Positions 46,781-60,710 of a stretch of 64,000 bases of DNA are shown one piece after another. The DNA is from Rotaria socialis (taxonomy: Eukaryota): positions 62,001 through 126,000 of the forward strand of contig CAJNYD010000015.1 in the NCBI GenBank assembly GCA_905331295.1. Reading direction: 5' to 3'. Below the pieces are notes generated by a model. The model was not told the origin of the DNA. It ran no database searches and saw nothing but the letters and a program-made list of their open reading frames with translations. The translations under genes were made by a program, and so were the position numbers. Position 1 is the first letter of the stretch, and every line of letters starts with the position of its first letter.

Positions 46781-47618
46781 TTAAAGCATGGCTTGATTAT
46801 ATGTAACACAATCATTATTTTGAGATTCATTATTATCCAATACTTTTTGTCGCATAATATTCAATGAGAGGGCACCGACAGCTGAGCCACTCAGTGTAAC
46901 CAATGCACCAACTTTAGCACCCACCATAAACCCAACTGGTCCACCAAGACTAGCACCTATTACAGCACCTGATACTAATGCAAAATATCTACTTTGCATG
47001 ACCTTTTGAATCAATGACGATGTATTATGGCTAGGATCTTCTGCGTTATTTTGAACATGTTCAGTTTTTGAAAGTAGTTTTTGATTTTGTTGTTTAATAA
47101 TTGTATTAACTTCATCGATTGCTTCATGTAAATAAGCTAAATCTTGTTCGAGTAAATCATATGAATCATTGAGACGATTTGTTGTAATTTGTCGATGGCG
47201 AAATTCGTTCGATGTTGGACTATGTTGTGAATCATTCTGATCAATTTCATTCAATGAAGAATTATTCTCGGTAAGGGAAGAAAATAGCAGCTCTTCCTGA
47301 AGTCTATCAAGCGAAGTCATTTGACCGCCGATTTTAATACGAAGAAGATGAATATGATGAGCGAGTTTTAAACGTTGGTTTTCGTTTGATTGTGAATGTA
47401 ACTGTTCAATAATAGCAATATGTTTTGCTAGATTATGACTAATGGTGTGGATTTCATCTGAAATAAATAATAAAAACAAGAATATTTTCTGCCTAATTCT
47501 TTCATCGGTCAATCATGAAAGATCAAAGCTGAAGTATTAGAAATACAATAGCAATTTATATTTACTAATTTAGTTGGGTTTTTTCACCTTTTGCTAAATT
47601 GTCATATATGAGTTGCAT
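46781..47618 (-). CDS. STX17: Syntaxin-17-like Qa-SNARE
   Basis: Exon 47618-47588 plus 47457-46781. SNARE-like helix DSYDLLEQDLAYLHEAIDEVNTIIKQQNQKL and the STX17-type glycine-zipper double-TM hairpin GAVIGASLGGPVGFMVGAKVGALVTLSGSAVG, followed by a cytosolic tail. Confidence 0.75.
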
Positions 47619-48531
47619 TACTTCTACTCAGGTTAGATAAGAAAAATAAATAATAGAACACGAGATTGAATTGTTTTCTTAGAATTTCTATTGCAACCTA
47701 TCAGGAGTTAGAGTACAAAATACGCAATACTTATTAGATAGGAATTTATTGAATTAGCTAATTTATTTATTTACGTAATTTTTGAATATGAAATTTCTGT
47801 TGGTTCAAAAAATGTAGTTGTTGTTTAAATAATGATAAGCGATTTAAATAAAATTGTAAACGATCAAAAACATTTTCTATTTTCTATTTGCAATTCTTTT
47901 GACTAATATAATCAATTTCTTGTTCATATCATCGCAATGTATTTAGATCTAAAATAAATAAAGGAAAAAAATATATATACTCGAATACTCACTACTTTCT
48001 TTCAATATATATATGTATATATATCTGGCATTTGATTTTTTTAATATGAAAATTAATATTGTAATTGAAATTTCTTATAAAGGTAATTATTCTCCAAATG
48101 ATGTTGCATGGTGATTCGTATTTTCTTGTTTTACGTAAGTCAAAACATACATATTATACATAAATAAATAATAATCTATTCGAAGACATGCAAACTCTGA
48201 TAATCGATATACTCTTTTAAAATTTATCATATTTTATTTTGTGCTAATCCAATAGTTTATTCACTGGATATCAGAAAACTATCTATTATATCTTATAATA
48301 AACGATGTGAAGAAATATTTTCCTACTGATCTATATTCCTGTATATCAAATTTATAATAGAAAAATATTCTCGAAAACAATTTAATTTTCAAATAGATTT
48401 ATTCGTTGAAAATTATCATAAGATGAAGTCTACATTTTATCCTCATACATTTCAAATGACTATGAGGTTTGAATATGAAGAAAAATCTTGTTTTTTATTC
48501 TTTTTTAAAATCAAATAAAAACAAAAGAGTT

Positions 48532-51500
48532 TTATTTTTGTTTCATGGATTTAACGGCTTTAAGACGTTCAAGTAATGTCGGATGTGAATAATGATATGT
48601 AGCATAAAGTTTATCTGAGAATGGATATGACATATTATCCTTTTCAAGTTTTTTCAATGCACGACCTAATTGATCACCATGTCCAAGTTTAACAGCAAAA
48701 TGATCAGCTTGAAATTCAAAACGACGTGATAATGCAGTTAAAGCAAATGAAAACACCTTTCAAGGAAAAAATCACAACACAAAATTGGGTAACATTCGAA
48801 AAATTTTCATTTGCTCTATTTTTCTTACTTCGAAATACGGTGATAAAACATATTGAAAAATGATTAGTAGACCAATTAGAATTGGACGTGTTTGCGTAAA
48901 AGCAAATGCTTCATACAGAATGGTACGTTTGAATAAAGCAGCAAATATAGAAAATACCAAGAACAAATTGACCTTGAAATTAGAAAAACAAAAGAGTTGT
49001 TCAATGAATTCGAAGTATAGTGAACTATAGTTTACATAGCACTATATTACTGTCTACTGCTTTTAATGAAAAGTACATAAGACTAATACTTTGGTATTAG
49101 TATAAAAACATGAACTAAAACTAATTGTTATAAGAAGGACTTCATCTGTTGATCAAGAGGGTAAAGAAAATTCAATTGTTTTCAGCTTTTTCATTTCAAC
49201 AGTATCATTTGTTAATAAAAGTCGACCGCTACTCCAATGAAATAATCGATGTTCAAATTTCTATGAACTTGAGTATATAAAACCATTTTCGAATATGTTT
49301 CTGTCCGAATAGTTGACTATTCATATATGTACGTACTTTAACAAAGGTTAACTAAATGGATAGGGAATTGTTGGCAACAGCAGCATCTAGCAGAGAATTA
49401 TATCAAATCAGATAGAATAACAAAAATATTATTTTTGATATTCGAAAAACTCTTAGAATATGGCGATTGTATTATAGAACTGTGAAATCTAGCGTGTATC
49501 AATTTATGTAAGTCTGAAAGTTTTCATCCTTCTCTTTGAACTAGAGAACAAACATCACAATTAATTAATCTCGCAAAACTTATCCTCTTTGAATCAATAC
49601 TTTCAAGTGGAGCGGATGAAACTATTTGCGAATGGATTCTAACCGTTTCATTAGTTTGTAGGTTGCATAAATCCCTTCAATGAGAAAAAGAACAAACTCG
49701 TATGCAACTCCACAAGATTCCTAGGGATCTCATATGACGTTCATAGCGCTTGAATACTTTGCTATCAGTCGATTGTATCATTGCTCATAAAAGATCTAAT
49801 CGGAAATCTCATACTTCCAGAGGATTGCGTCGAAGTTTAACTAGAAAGTTTACTTTTTTAGTTAAAGTATAACAAAGATATTCAAAAGAGGAAAAATATA
49901 TTATTTATCTAAAAACAAAGATATTTACGAAAATAAAGTATACGTACGAATGAAATACATAGATTGACAAGATTATGACTAAGAAACCAATGCCCAAATT
50001 CGTGACATAATACAGCAAGAACTTCATCAGATTCACAGCCTGTACTAGTTTTTTCCTTTGCTGTTTTTTGATCTTCATCAACTGTATTTTTCTTATCATC
50101 ACTAATTTTACGATGAGTCAACGTATTGTCTTCGGTTTCCAATTTGCTAGTTTCAATTGGTTTAGTTTCTTCTTCATTTTTTTCTGATTTTGTTTCATCT
50201 AATTTATTTCCTTTATCAGTTTTATCTTCATCCTTATGAAGACTATATCCTTTAATAAGTGTATCATAAAGAACGATGCGTTTTGCTTTAAAAAATCCAT
50301 AAAAATAAGCATTTGAATGAGCTGATCTTGCCGAACCTTAAATTTAAAAATAAAATAAAATATTCTTTAACCTTTATGTACATTTCTCAGAAGAAATATT
50401 AGTGTGACTTCTGTTACAGCTACTCGAATAAATAGTTGTACTGGTTCTTTAGTACGAGACTACTTTCTCAATCAAACTCGAATAAGATCATTCATGAAAA
50501 ATATTCTATTATGAAACCAGTAACGTTGACAGTCAATGATTGAAACTCGATAAAAACAAATCTATACAGTGTTTCTCACTATTTTCTATGCTAAAATTAA
50601 AATCTCATTTCGTGATATCTTATGTACAAAAGCATTTGTTTTCGAATGCGAGAGATTCCGTATTGACTACAATATTTTAATATATTTTAACTTTTCCCAG
50701 CATGAAAAGGCTTAATATTTTACAGTAAATTGATATAATTTAAAATTTTTAAAATAACGACTACTAACCCTCGACAACATAGATTTTAGCAAGTGGAAAT
50801 TTTATTTTCTCTGCAAGTTTTTCAATACTTGAACGTAATTCTCCTTCGCGTAATGGATCATAACGATCAAACAATGGTGCAATATAGTTTGGATAAATAA
50901 ATGCAATAATCTAAATTATATAAACAAAAATATATTTTCTATTTTTATTATGATGGTGATTTATCAAATATAATTACCAATGACATAATTGTAATGAAAA
51001 GCCATGCATAAACAAAAAAATAATCCCACCTATTTGGATTATTTTAATTAAAAGAGAAAAAATTGGTAATGTTAATACGAATGTAAGAAGTAATTTTTTG
51101 ATCGTATCTTTAATAAAAAATCCAATTGTCTAAATAAATCGAAAGACTTTAATCGAATACGATTAGTTTTTTTTGTAAAATTTAACGAACTTGTTTATTA
51201 AATCCATGCTTTTCTTCAAGAACAAAATGATAATAATATGACCATGGAACGCCACTTATTGTAGAATAAATCATAGTTATACTAAGGAAAAGTGCTGATT
51301 GTAATATTTCATGATTATTGTAATCATATTTCAAAAGTATATTTCCTGATGTTGACCATAACCATGGCAAAATACCAATTAATAATAGAACCTATGACAG
51401 AAAAAGGGGAAAAAAGCGATCAATAATACATAAAAATATAGCAATAATTTTCACTGTTGATTCAACTTCGTTGAAAATTGAGTGAATTTCATTATAACGC

Positions 51501-51804
51501 ATTTTATCAATGGCATATGAACGTGCTTTATCCAATTCTTGATTCGTCATTACATCAGCTAACTCATCTGGTACAGTTTGATGACGTTTATAATTGCAAT
51601 ACTATTTGAATTCAAGACAAATAAAGAATAAATGAACAAAATTTTAATTCGAAAAATATTTTAATATACTTGTCGATATGAAAGATAATGTTCCCAAATC
51701 GAAACAATCAATGTAAAAGATAATAATCCATAGAATAAAATATTTGGCTCGATTTTATCGAGAAATGAAAAACATTCTTCGAGAGTCGAAATCAAAAAGA
51801 CCAT
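48532..51804 (-). CDS. ZMPSTE24: CAAX prenyl protease 1 (Ste24, peptidase M48)
   Basis: [65 protein letters not shown] (HExxH), SRRFEFQAD and [10 protein letters not shown]. Confidence 0.95.
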
Positions 51805-54800
51805 GGTAAAACTAGATCAATCTTATTGTATACACACTAAATAACGAATGAAAGTAATCAAATGTGTGGAGAAAAATGAATGTCTAGTTAAACTGTCAAT
51901 TGGGTCGCAACAATCAATGTTGTATTTATAATTGACGCATTCAAATAGCGTTGATTGTAGCGATGCAGCTGACGTCCTTTACTTCTATCAATTTTTATCA
52001 ATTAGAATTAGAAATAAACGGGATGATTCATATATGCAATGTGATTCGCTGGTGTTTTAACAAACATTTTTTTTATTTTTTGTCTATTCATTCAACTAAT
52101 AAATCAGTATGTCAATGACTTTTTTATCTTTATGAAAGAAATTTATTATTTACTCCATCCGATTTATCCGATTCAGCTTGATATTTGATATTGTCTAAAT
52201 GCAAAGGATTTACAAAAATAAATATAATAAAATTTAATAGCGACTACGATGGCGACACTTATCATCGGATTAATAAATGTTATAAAACGTATATATTGAT
52301 ATTGAATTTTGATCGACGAACTCCTATTTAAAATATTGCTTTCTACAAATGCAACTTTTCACTTTTATTTATGGTCTTGTTTTCTTTTCTGACTATTACA
52401 GTAATCAGTGAATATTTTATTTCAAAATAATAATCATAAAAATACAGAACACAATCTTGCGAAATTGAAACAATAAAAAAAAACTGTAGAGATATACCTT
52501 GCAATAAATGAATAGAAATTGATTTAATCGTCGTTTCCGATATACGTCAGGTATCTGAAAAGTCAGCACCTGCACTCTGGTATCGAGCAGATTGCAAAAC
52601 TAGTCAGATTCAAGACAACATATCGGCAGATTATTATATTTTTTCTAAAGAAGAAGTTTTTCTGTTTTGGAAATATAACTGATACTTACTTTTCTCATTT
52701 ACTACCATTTTATTCGTAGAATCACAAATGCCATAGATAGTATTTATAGAAAATACGATAGTAGCTAATAAAGATAGTAGCATTGGTAGTACACTTTTAT
52801 ACAAATCGGTTGTACATAAGCTTACATTACTCTTACGTGTCAATCAACTGATCGTCGATAGTAGTTCGATTAGCTTCGACTGGCGCCAAAGCGATGAAAT
52901 AGTGAAGGACCCAACTGCTCATCAGCTGCTTTTTTATTATTTAGTATGATGGATGCCGATGTTCTTTATCAATATGTGCACATTTACGTATGCCATGTCA
53001 TCAACCTTCTAAAATCGTATACCTTCGCTAGAAGTCTAGATAAAAACGACGCTGTTGTTGTGTCGTTACCGATAGAGCAGAGAGAATAATAAAAAATAAT
53101 AATAATAATAAATAGGGAAGAGAAGAGAAGCGAATAGAAAGACACGAAGGAGTACTGGGCGTCTAGCAAAGCAAAAAGAAAACGGAGAATCGATATGGAT
53201 GGTTCTAGTGGAGAATGAAAAGAAGGTCTATATGATGACGAAAAACGAATTTAATGTGACGATCGCACGATGAAAAATCCAAACTATATGCAAGGCCATT
53301 GCAGACGCATGCGTCAGCTGCAATTTTATCTTAGTTTCTCCTATATATTTTTTCTCCTTCTCTCCCTCTCGCTTATCGGTCTACCATCACTACCAGGTGA
53401 ATGAAGGTCGGTGATAGATGGAAAAAAAATGAAAAAGAATCTACAAAAGAACGAATATAATCACCCTCTAATATTTCGTCAAGTATACGATAATAAAAGA
53501 CTAATGTAATCGAGATGAGTGAACCATATACCCATATGTATATGAATATGAATATATATTTGAATGCATTTTGATTGATTTTTCGATCAATAAATGAATC
53601 AATGGTATGGCGTAATAGACAAGGATTGACCTTTATATTGATATTGAGCTAAGACATGATGTTTGTTGAACTGATGAGGGCAACCTTTTTTCTCTTTGCT
53701 ATAATATCGTTAGCATATAATGTAATATTAAAAATATTGCTAAAAATGTTCCTATGAATTAATTCATTTAAACACAAATAATTCGAATCTTACTCCATGC
53801 GTTTACCATTTTGTTTGAAAAAAAAAGATACTAACTCTAGCACGGTAGTTGATAGTGTTATAGAGAAAAAAATTAAACAGTTATCACATAGACTGGCCTT
53901 TTTTCTCATTTGGTCGTGCGTATATATATATATATATATATATGTACTATACTTTTTCTCTTCGTCGTCGTTGAGTGGGCGTCCAGTAACAAAACCGAAT
54001 TGATGCTGCTGTTGCAACCACACATACCCACATACTCATACATGGTAGTTATAACGCAAATAGTAAAAAAAAAGAAAAGAGAAGCGCGGAAAAAAAGAAG
54101 AAGAGAAAGACAGAACGCAAGAAAAGAAATACAACAACTTACTCAACAAGGGAGCCGCGCACTCGCGTAGACAACAGGCATTGCCTTGCAAACGAGAATG
54201 AATGTGGGCCACTGCGACTACATAATAACAACGGCGACGTACACAAGATCGCGAGAAGGAGGAGGAATACATTGAGACCCTTTCGTTCCGCGGACAGAAC
54301 AAAAGATGCTTGACGATGCTAGGAAAGGAAAAAAAAGTTCTTTCTGTCTCTCTCGCTTTCCTTGATGTTGTCGTTGCTTCGTCTTATCCAAGCGCAAACT
54401 GACTGCTTTCTCTTATATTGTGATTGCACCATCGAGCGCTATTGCATTGTTGTTGCCTATTCCGTTTACCATCATCAACTACAAAGACTGACGCGAGTAC
54501 GCATTGCGTTTCGCCTATATGTGATTAGATTAAAAAACACGCACACCGATAATAAAGGCAGAAGGCGACGCAAGGCGATGGCATCTATTTTGATTTAAAA
54601 AAGCTAATACACGAACGATTTCGTTGTTTTTATTTTTATTAGTTTTATTATCATTCACTTTATGTTTGAATGCAAAATAAGGAATGTATTTCTCAAGTAA
54701 CAGGAAATATTTTCATATAAATAGGCATATTGGGTCTCTCTTATTATTTCATAGCTCTATCTGTTTACAGGAGAGGTCCGCAGTTTATGTTGATGTTTAA

Positions 54801-57800
54801 ATACCATTATGTTAGCTATCGACATACTTGAATAAGAAGGCAAATGATGAATGATTTTTCTCGAAAAATCAATAAACTAGATGTATAAATATGTGTCACA
54901 AGTTTTATAGAAACTATAGAAGCGATTGAAAGGCAGATATATGGTAAACTCATAGAAGTATTGTTGGAAAGAAAACGACAAAAAAAAAGAATTGATAGGA
55001 AAATAAACGAGAAAAAACGAACAAGTGAAGGAGGAAAAGAATAAGAAGAAATAATAGAACTCTGTTGAGGAAAAACAGAAGAAGGAAAAGCCCATAAAGC
55101 GGTACCGTACCTTTTCTCTGTGATTCTTGACGTAAAAGCTTCGGAAAAAAATATTCCTCAGAAAGACAGGAGAAAATTATGAATTTAGGTGAATCAATGG
55201 ATTGATTGCTACACTAGCATTATTTGCGTATATAGAAATCTAAGATCAAGTATCGATTCATGACCTACATATCACGTATGGTGGCTCGAAGCAGGGAAAA
55301 AAGAGAAAAAGCGTTGTAACAGCTGTCTGTTCTTCGTGAAAAAGAAGTATATTCAGTTTTTTCTTTATGCACATTCCACCAACTTTGTCTTCAGTATTCA
55401 TTTGCTCAATAGATTGTATAATGAAAGAAAAATATTTTAATAAAAAGTTTTTTTCTGATAGAAAACTTCTCTTCTTGTATTTTAGTGAGAGAGAAAATTT
55501 CAAGTACCGTTCTTAAAAAAGTTGAACATCATTCAAAAATAGTTTATTTTTCTTTAAATAGACAGAGACAAGAAAGAAGTGAAAAAAATGTTCTATTGTA
55601 TTTTCAATGCAGTCTATTGAGACAAAAATATAATGTTTACAAACACCAAAGGACATTTTTTTATTGTTGAGTATATCGTATATATTATTGATGAAGATAA
55701 ATGGGCCACCAAAATGGGAAACCAAGAGACAACAAAAAAGACAAGAGAATATCTATTGTATTTAACGCAGGCAGTTATGATAGATACATGCTGACAAAAG
55801 GACTATTGACAAGCAAGCTTCAGGGACAACTGTCGTTTACTACATTGCGTCTATTTTTACGTATATCAGTTATATGGAAGATGCAGCTGCACATATATTT
55901 GTATACGTATATACTTTTACGCATATCATCGTTGTACGTCAATTCTCATTAGAGTCGGTAAACGAGCAAAAAAGCAGTAGGAAATAGAACATATTCTTGA
56001 TGTTCTTTTGATTATCAATAGGTAGGAAAAAAGCTTAGAATATCTTTCCATAAGAAAAACTCGTTAACATAGAATCCCAAATCTTACTACTAATTTGAGA
56101 AATTATTAGTCTATTGATAATGCATCTCCAGATTGTATACTATATGTATCCAGTATCTATAGACTTTTCTATGGTTGACATATAATTAACCAGTAGAACT
56201 GATACATATAATTGAGTATCATTGAGTAGATAATTTTTTTTATTAAACAGAGACTTTGAACGTGCAAGAAAAATGTCAACGCTAATCGATAGTATGTATT
56301 CAAGAACAGAAAAATGAATAATAATAATAATACTGAAAACCAAATGAGCGAAAGTCAATTTCTAATTAGTGTAAATAGTTGTATCAGATGTGTGAATAGT
56401 ATTCAAAGAATTTATTGGTAAAATAAGTGAGAGCGAATCTCATATATGGATATTGATAGGTAGAATGGTCTATTTTATTTTTCTAGGATTTCATTCTTAA
56501 CTTTTATCTAATGATTAATAAGTGTCTATAATGATACATAAATCATTCTATATCAATATGCATTGATTCCAGATTGATTGACCAACGAGCTAGAAATACC
56601 ACAGTTAAACGTGTGATTTATTTATATTTAATAATAGAAATCAATGTTCCAATTATAAACTATTCTTACATACCTATTGGTTGAAATCGATGGTTTGGTT
56701 TGCATCGAAAAGAAAGCAATGATCGATGAAATCAGTATCTTTTTTTAAAATTTTTTCTTAAAAATAAAGTATTCATATGATTTATAATATAATCAGTGTA
56801 GTTAAATAAATAATTTGCCATTCGAAACCAAGACTTTCATTCGTCACTTTGTTTTTGACGAGAAGTTGAATATATATATATATGGTCAACAATTTACAAA
56901 TTAACTTAAAACATTTAATTCACATAAATTTTTAGTCTTGTTGATCAGGGATTCATAGGATTAAAATCAATCAGAAAAATTTTCAAATTGTTTTTCCCCA
57001 AAGAACCATGCTGCTTGCAAAATTATACTTTGTTTTTAAAGTATTACTTGATCAATAATTTAATGACTATGAGAAATAGTTTCAATCGTTTATCTAATGA
57101 ATTTGTGCATTTTCAAATGTTTCATCTATGATATCTTTCAAACTGTATCAAACTCTGGAAGATACTCTAGAATTCGTTCGATGACACTATTTCGGTATTG
57201 CAAATATCTATACATTACCTATGCTTTCTTTAGTTCACTATCATTCTCTTATATTCATGAACCATCTGACGTCATTAAAGTCAATCTGAATAACAATTAG
57301 AATAATTAGTAAATCTAATTAAAAGTAGCATCAGTGTTTCATTGTAGAAATTTTCTCTTTCGATGGGACGAGTTTTGAACACTGACTGGATGAATATGAA
57401 TTTTTAGAAGGACAAATATTTTAGTACATATTATGATAGCAACCAGCATTGAAAGCACTTATATGATTTACGTAGGTAAATCGATTTCTTATCCTGCACA
57501 TCGGATAAAATATGGAGTACTATCGCTATTTGTTTTGAAACACACATATGGATATCATACAAGAGTTATACTATTTGTCAAATTTATTGCGTGTTGACTA
57601 AACAGCAGATAATAATCAATTCATTGATGATGTTATAAACAACCATCTAATAATAGCTAATTTTTCATTTTAATCACGTACATTTATCGTTATAAGAATA
57701 AATAAATAATGTAGATATTATTGAGAAAAATTGAGAAGCTGAAACTTTCTTCTGGAGTAGTTCATTTTTCACAATCTAGCAAGATTTTATCATAAACATC

Positions 57801-59588
57801 GGCATATATTTGGTCGTCTAATCGAAGAGCAACTTCTCGAATATTTTCACCTCCTTATTTAAAAGCAAACACCTCCGTAACTGCCAAACACGCTATCCAT
57901 CGGTTTTCTTTCAGAAAGACAGCATTTGGATTTGGTTTAATGAAAATCAAGTCTTTTCAGGAGAACGTCACCTCTTTGACCAGCATGCTAGAAAAATGAT
58001 TAGCTGCATCTATGCTTAAAATATTTTAAATTAACTATCAATTGGACTTTTATTGCATATCAGAACGGTGAAGTTTAGGATGTTAATATATCATTTAAAT
58101 CTAATAGCATAAATAATAGCTTCGACTGATAGAGATGAACAATTCTTATTTTCATGTAGAAAATGTATAATTATTGTTTACTTCAAATCATCTTTATATA
58201 ACTAGAAAGTAGTTTTGTTTTCATTTTCAAATTTTATCATAAAAATACAATGTTTTGCAATAATGGGATAACAAATCTAAGAAATGAAACACAAAAATAT
58301 TGTTTATTCGAGTAATGATGTGTTTTCTGTAGCATTAATTTTCTTCATTAATTCTATAATTTTATTTTTCAATCGTATCAAATATTAAATATTCCATTAA
58401 AATAATGTAAATAAAAAATTTATTTTGTATAAATGAATTAAAGCAATCCTTCTATACATCAAATGACTAGTATAAAAGATAAAAGAATTTTTTCATTTCA
58501 ATTTATTACTTATATTTTTTCTACTAAAACAACATGGAATATTCTTGAGCTATTTTATTCTAAATATTTAATTATTATGAATACTATAGGAATAAAATCT
58601 GCTATTAGTACATTCATTTTCCTGACGTTGCGATTCATCTATCAGTTATTCAAGTCTATAAAAAGTAGAAAGAAAATGGAGGAAAATTCTTCTTTTTTTT
58701 ATTGAATACTGTTTGTCTAGTATGGCAGCTTTCTTTTCGAACACACCTAATATGTATAAGTTTTCATGCGTAAATTATAATTTCTTTTTCCTTTCTATAA
58801 TCAAATGTCCAAATACTTGTAGATTTTGTATGAAGAAACCAAGTTAAACTTCTGAATTTTATCAAAATATAGAAAGAATTGATTAATGTAATCCACAGTT
58901 AAATGGATGAGAATAATTATTAACTTTTTCGATAGAAAGTACTGCGAAGCAGACGAACGAAAATAAAATATTGATTAATCCAATGCAAAATAGTAAAATA
59001 CGAGATTCGATATATCTCAGTGATTGTAATACTAGCTGTACTACTGAATAGAAAACTAATCAGACGTGAAAATTTTATACTTAGCCACTTAATTTCTCTA
59101 TACAATTGACGTTTAAAACATAGTACCTTGTGAATACTTATCGAATAAAAAAGACACTCAGCTAGATGAACAGACTTTTAATGAATATTCCAGCGCATTT
59201 CAAATGAATTAATTCATTAAATTAAAGTAATTCATCAGATTTCTAATTTGTAACAAAAGCATTCTTCTTTTGCCACAGACATACCTTGGGAGACATTCTT
59301 CTTTTCATTGACAGACACATTTAACATATTATTATTATTATATTATTACATATATTTGTGTAACTGTGCCAAGATGCCTTCAGAATCCATTTACTAATCG
59401 CTTCATAGATTATTTTTTTTTTAAATTCTTACAATTTGAATCATTATCACAATATGCAAGTTTGCTAATTATAAATAGTACAATATATTTAGTTATTATT
59501 GATATTATTCTCTAACTCCATATATTGGTGCACCATACATTTTGACATCATTTTTCTATTAGGACAATGATTGATTAGTTCTCTCGAT

Positions 59589-60209
59589 CATAGATGGAAC
59601 CGGTCGAGTTTTTCTGCCCGGACCGGACCGGCCGGTAACTGGCCGGTCTATAATAATGCTAAAACTGGCAAAAACCCGGCGGGTCTTTTCATGTAGTTTG
59701 ACAAAATTTCAGTATTTCTACGTATTTGTATGTATTTATACGTATTTCAGAAATACAGTAATATGTAAAAATAAATTGGAAATACATAGAAATTCGTAAA
59801 AACACTTAGAAATACTTTCGAAATAGATAGAAACATGAAAATACAGAAATACGATTTTTCCCCTTTGAGTTTGAATTGTCGAAAACAGTATAAATGTAGT
59901 TTTGAAAGTATAACTCATACTTCAAATATTAGAGTATCGCCTTTCACACACTATAAGACTATGCAACTGTTGCATAGTCTTATAGAATTAAAATAACACA
60001 AATTTTGTATAATATCATTTACAATTTAAGATTGGAATTTTATATTATCCACATGAAAACCTTAACTGTCCTTGTTTACGTCATCTACAGACCAAATATT
60101 TGATGTTCTATAGAAATATGACTAAAAAATTGCGCAGACCAGCCGGTCTGACATCTCCGCCCGGACCGGACCGGCAACCGGCAGACCTGCCGGACCGGTT
60201 CCATCTATG
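59589..60209. mobile_element. hAT-type non-autonomous element, family C (621 bp)
   Basis: Perfect 17-bp TIRs CATAGATGGAACCGGTC / GACCGGTTCCATCTATG and perfect 8-bp TSD CTCTCGAT (59581-59588, 60210-60217). Subterminal GACCG/CCGG arrays at both ends. Confidence 0.95.
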
Positions 60210-60710
60210 CTCTCGATGGCAAGTATCCTAATATAACACTGCTCAGATCCTTTTCGCATGGTACTAGTTGAAATAAAAATATTATTCAATGTTGAACTCC
60301 ATCGATACTTACAGACTGTCATACAAAATATAACCAAGACTTTAGAGAGAATAGTGTAAATGACTATGTAATTCAAGGAACCGATTGAGAAAGATCTTTT
60401 CTCTGGCATTGAAAAATCATTTGAACGAAAACATATTTCATGTCTCGCCCAACTTTTAGAGGTACTCATTCAAATGGCGGCTTCTTTCAGACATACGTTG
60501 TAGTTATTATATACGACATCTACATTTACATAACTTCATTGACAGAAAAAAAGTTTTTCTAAAACCGTCGCAATGATTCATTGCGACATTTATTTTTGCC
60601 CTACACTATAGCATTATTTTTTGCTTTTCTTCCGTCGAAAACATACGCATGAAAATTGAATACATAAATATATTTCACATGAAATCCTTTTAATCTTAAA
60701 ATGTAGAGTG

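Noticed and set aside
53671..53690. CTGATGAGGGCAACC resembles a hammerhead 5' core plus stem II
   Set aside because: No GAAA box or NUH site follows; the next bases are a T run.
57332..57384. CAGTGTTTC...GAACACTG similar to family A MITE ends
   Set aside because: Match is too short, with no TSD and no internal homology.
52634..59105. Many 60-90 aa ORFs in the gene-free gap
   Set aside because: Low-complexity F/L/I/K-rich translations of AT-rich DNA with no motifs or consistent exon chains.
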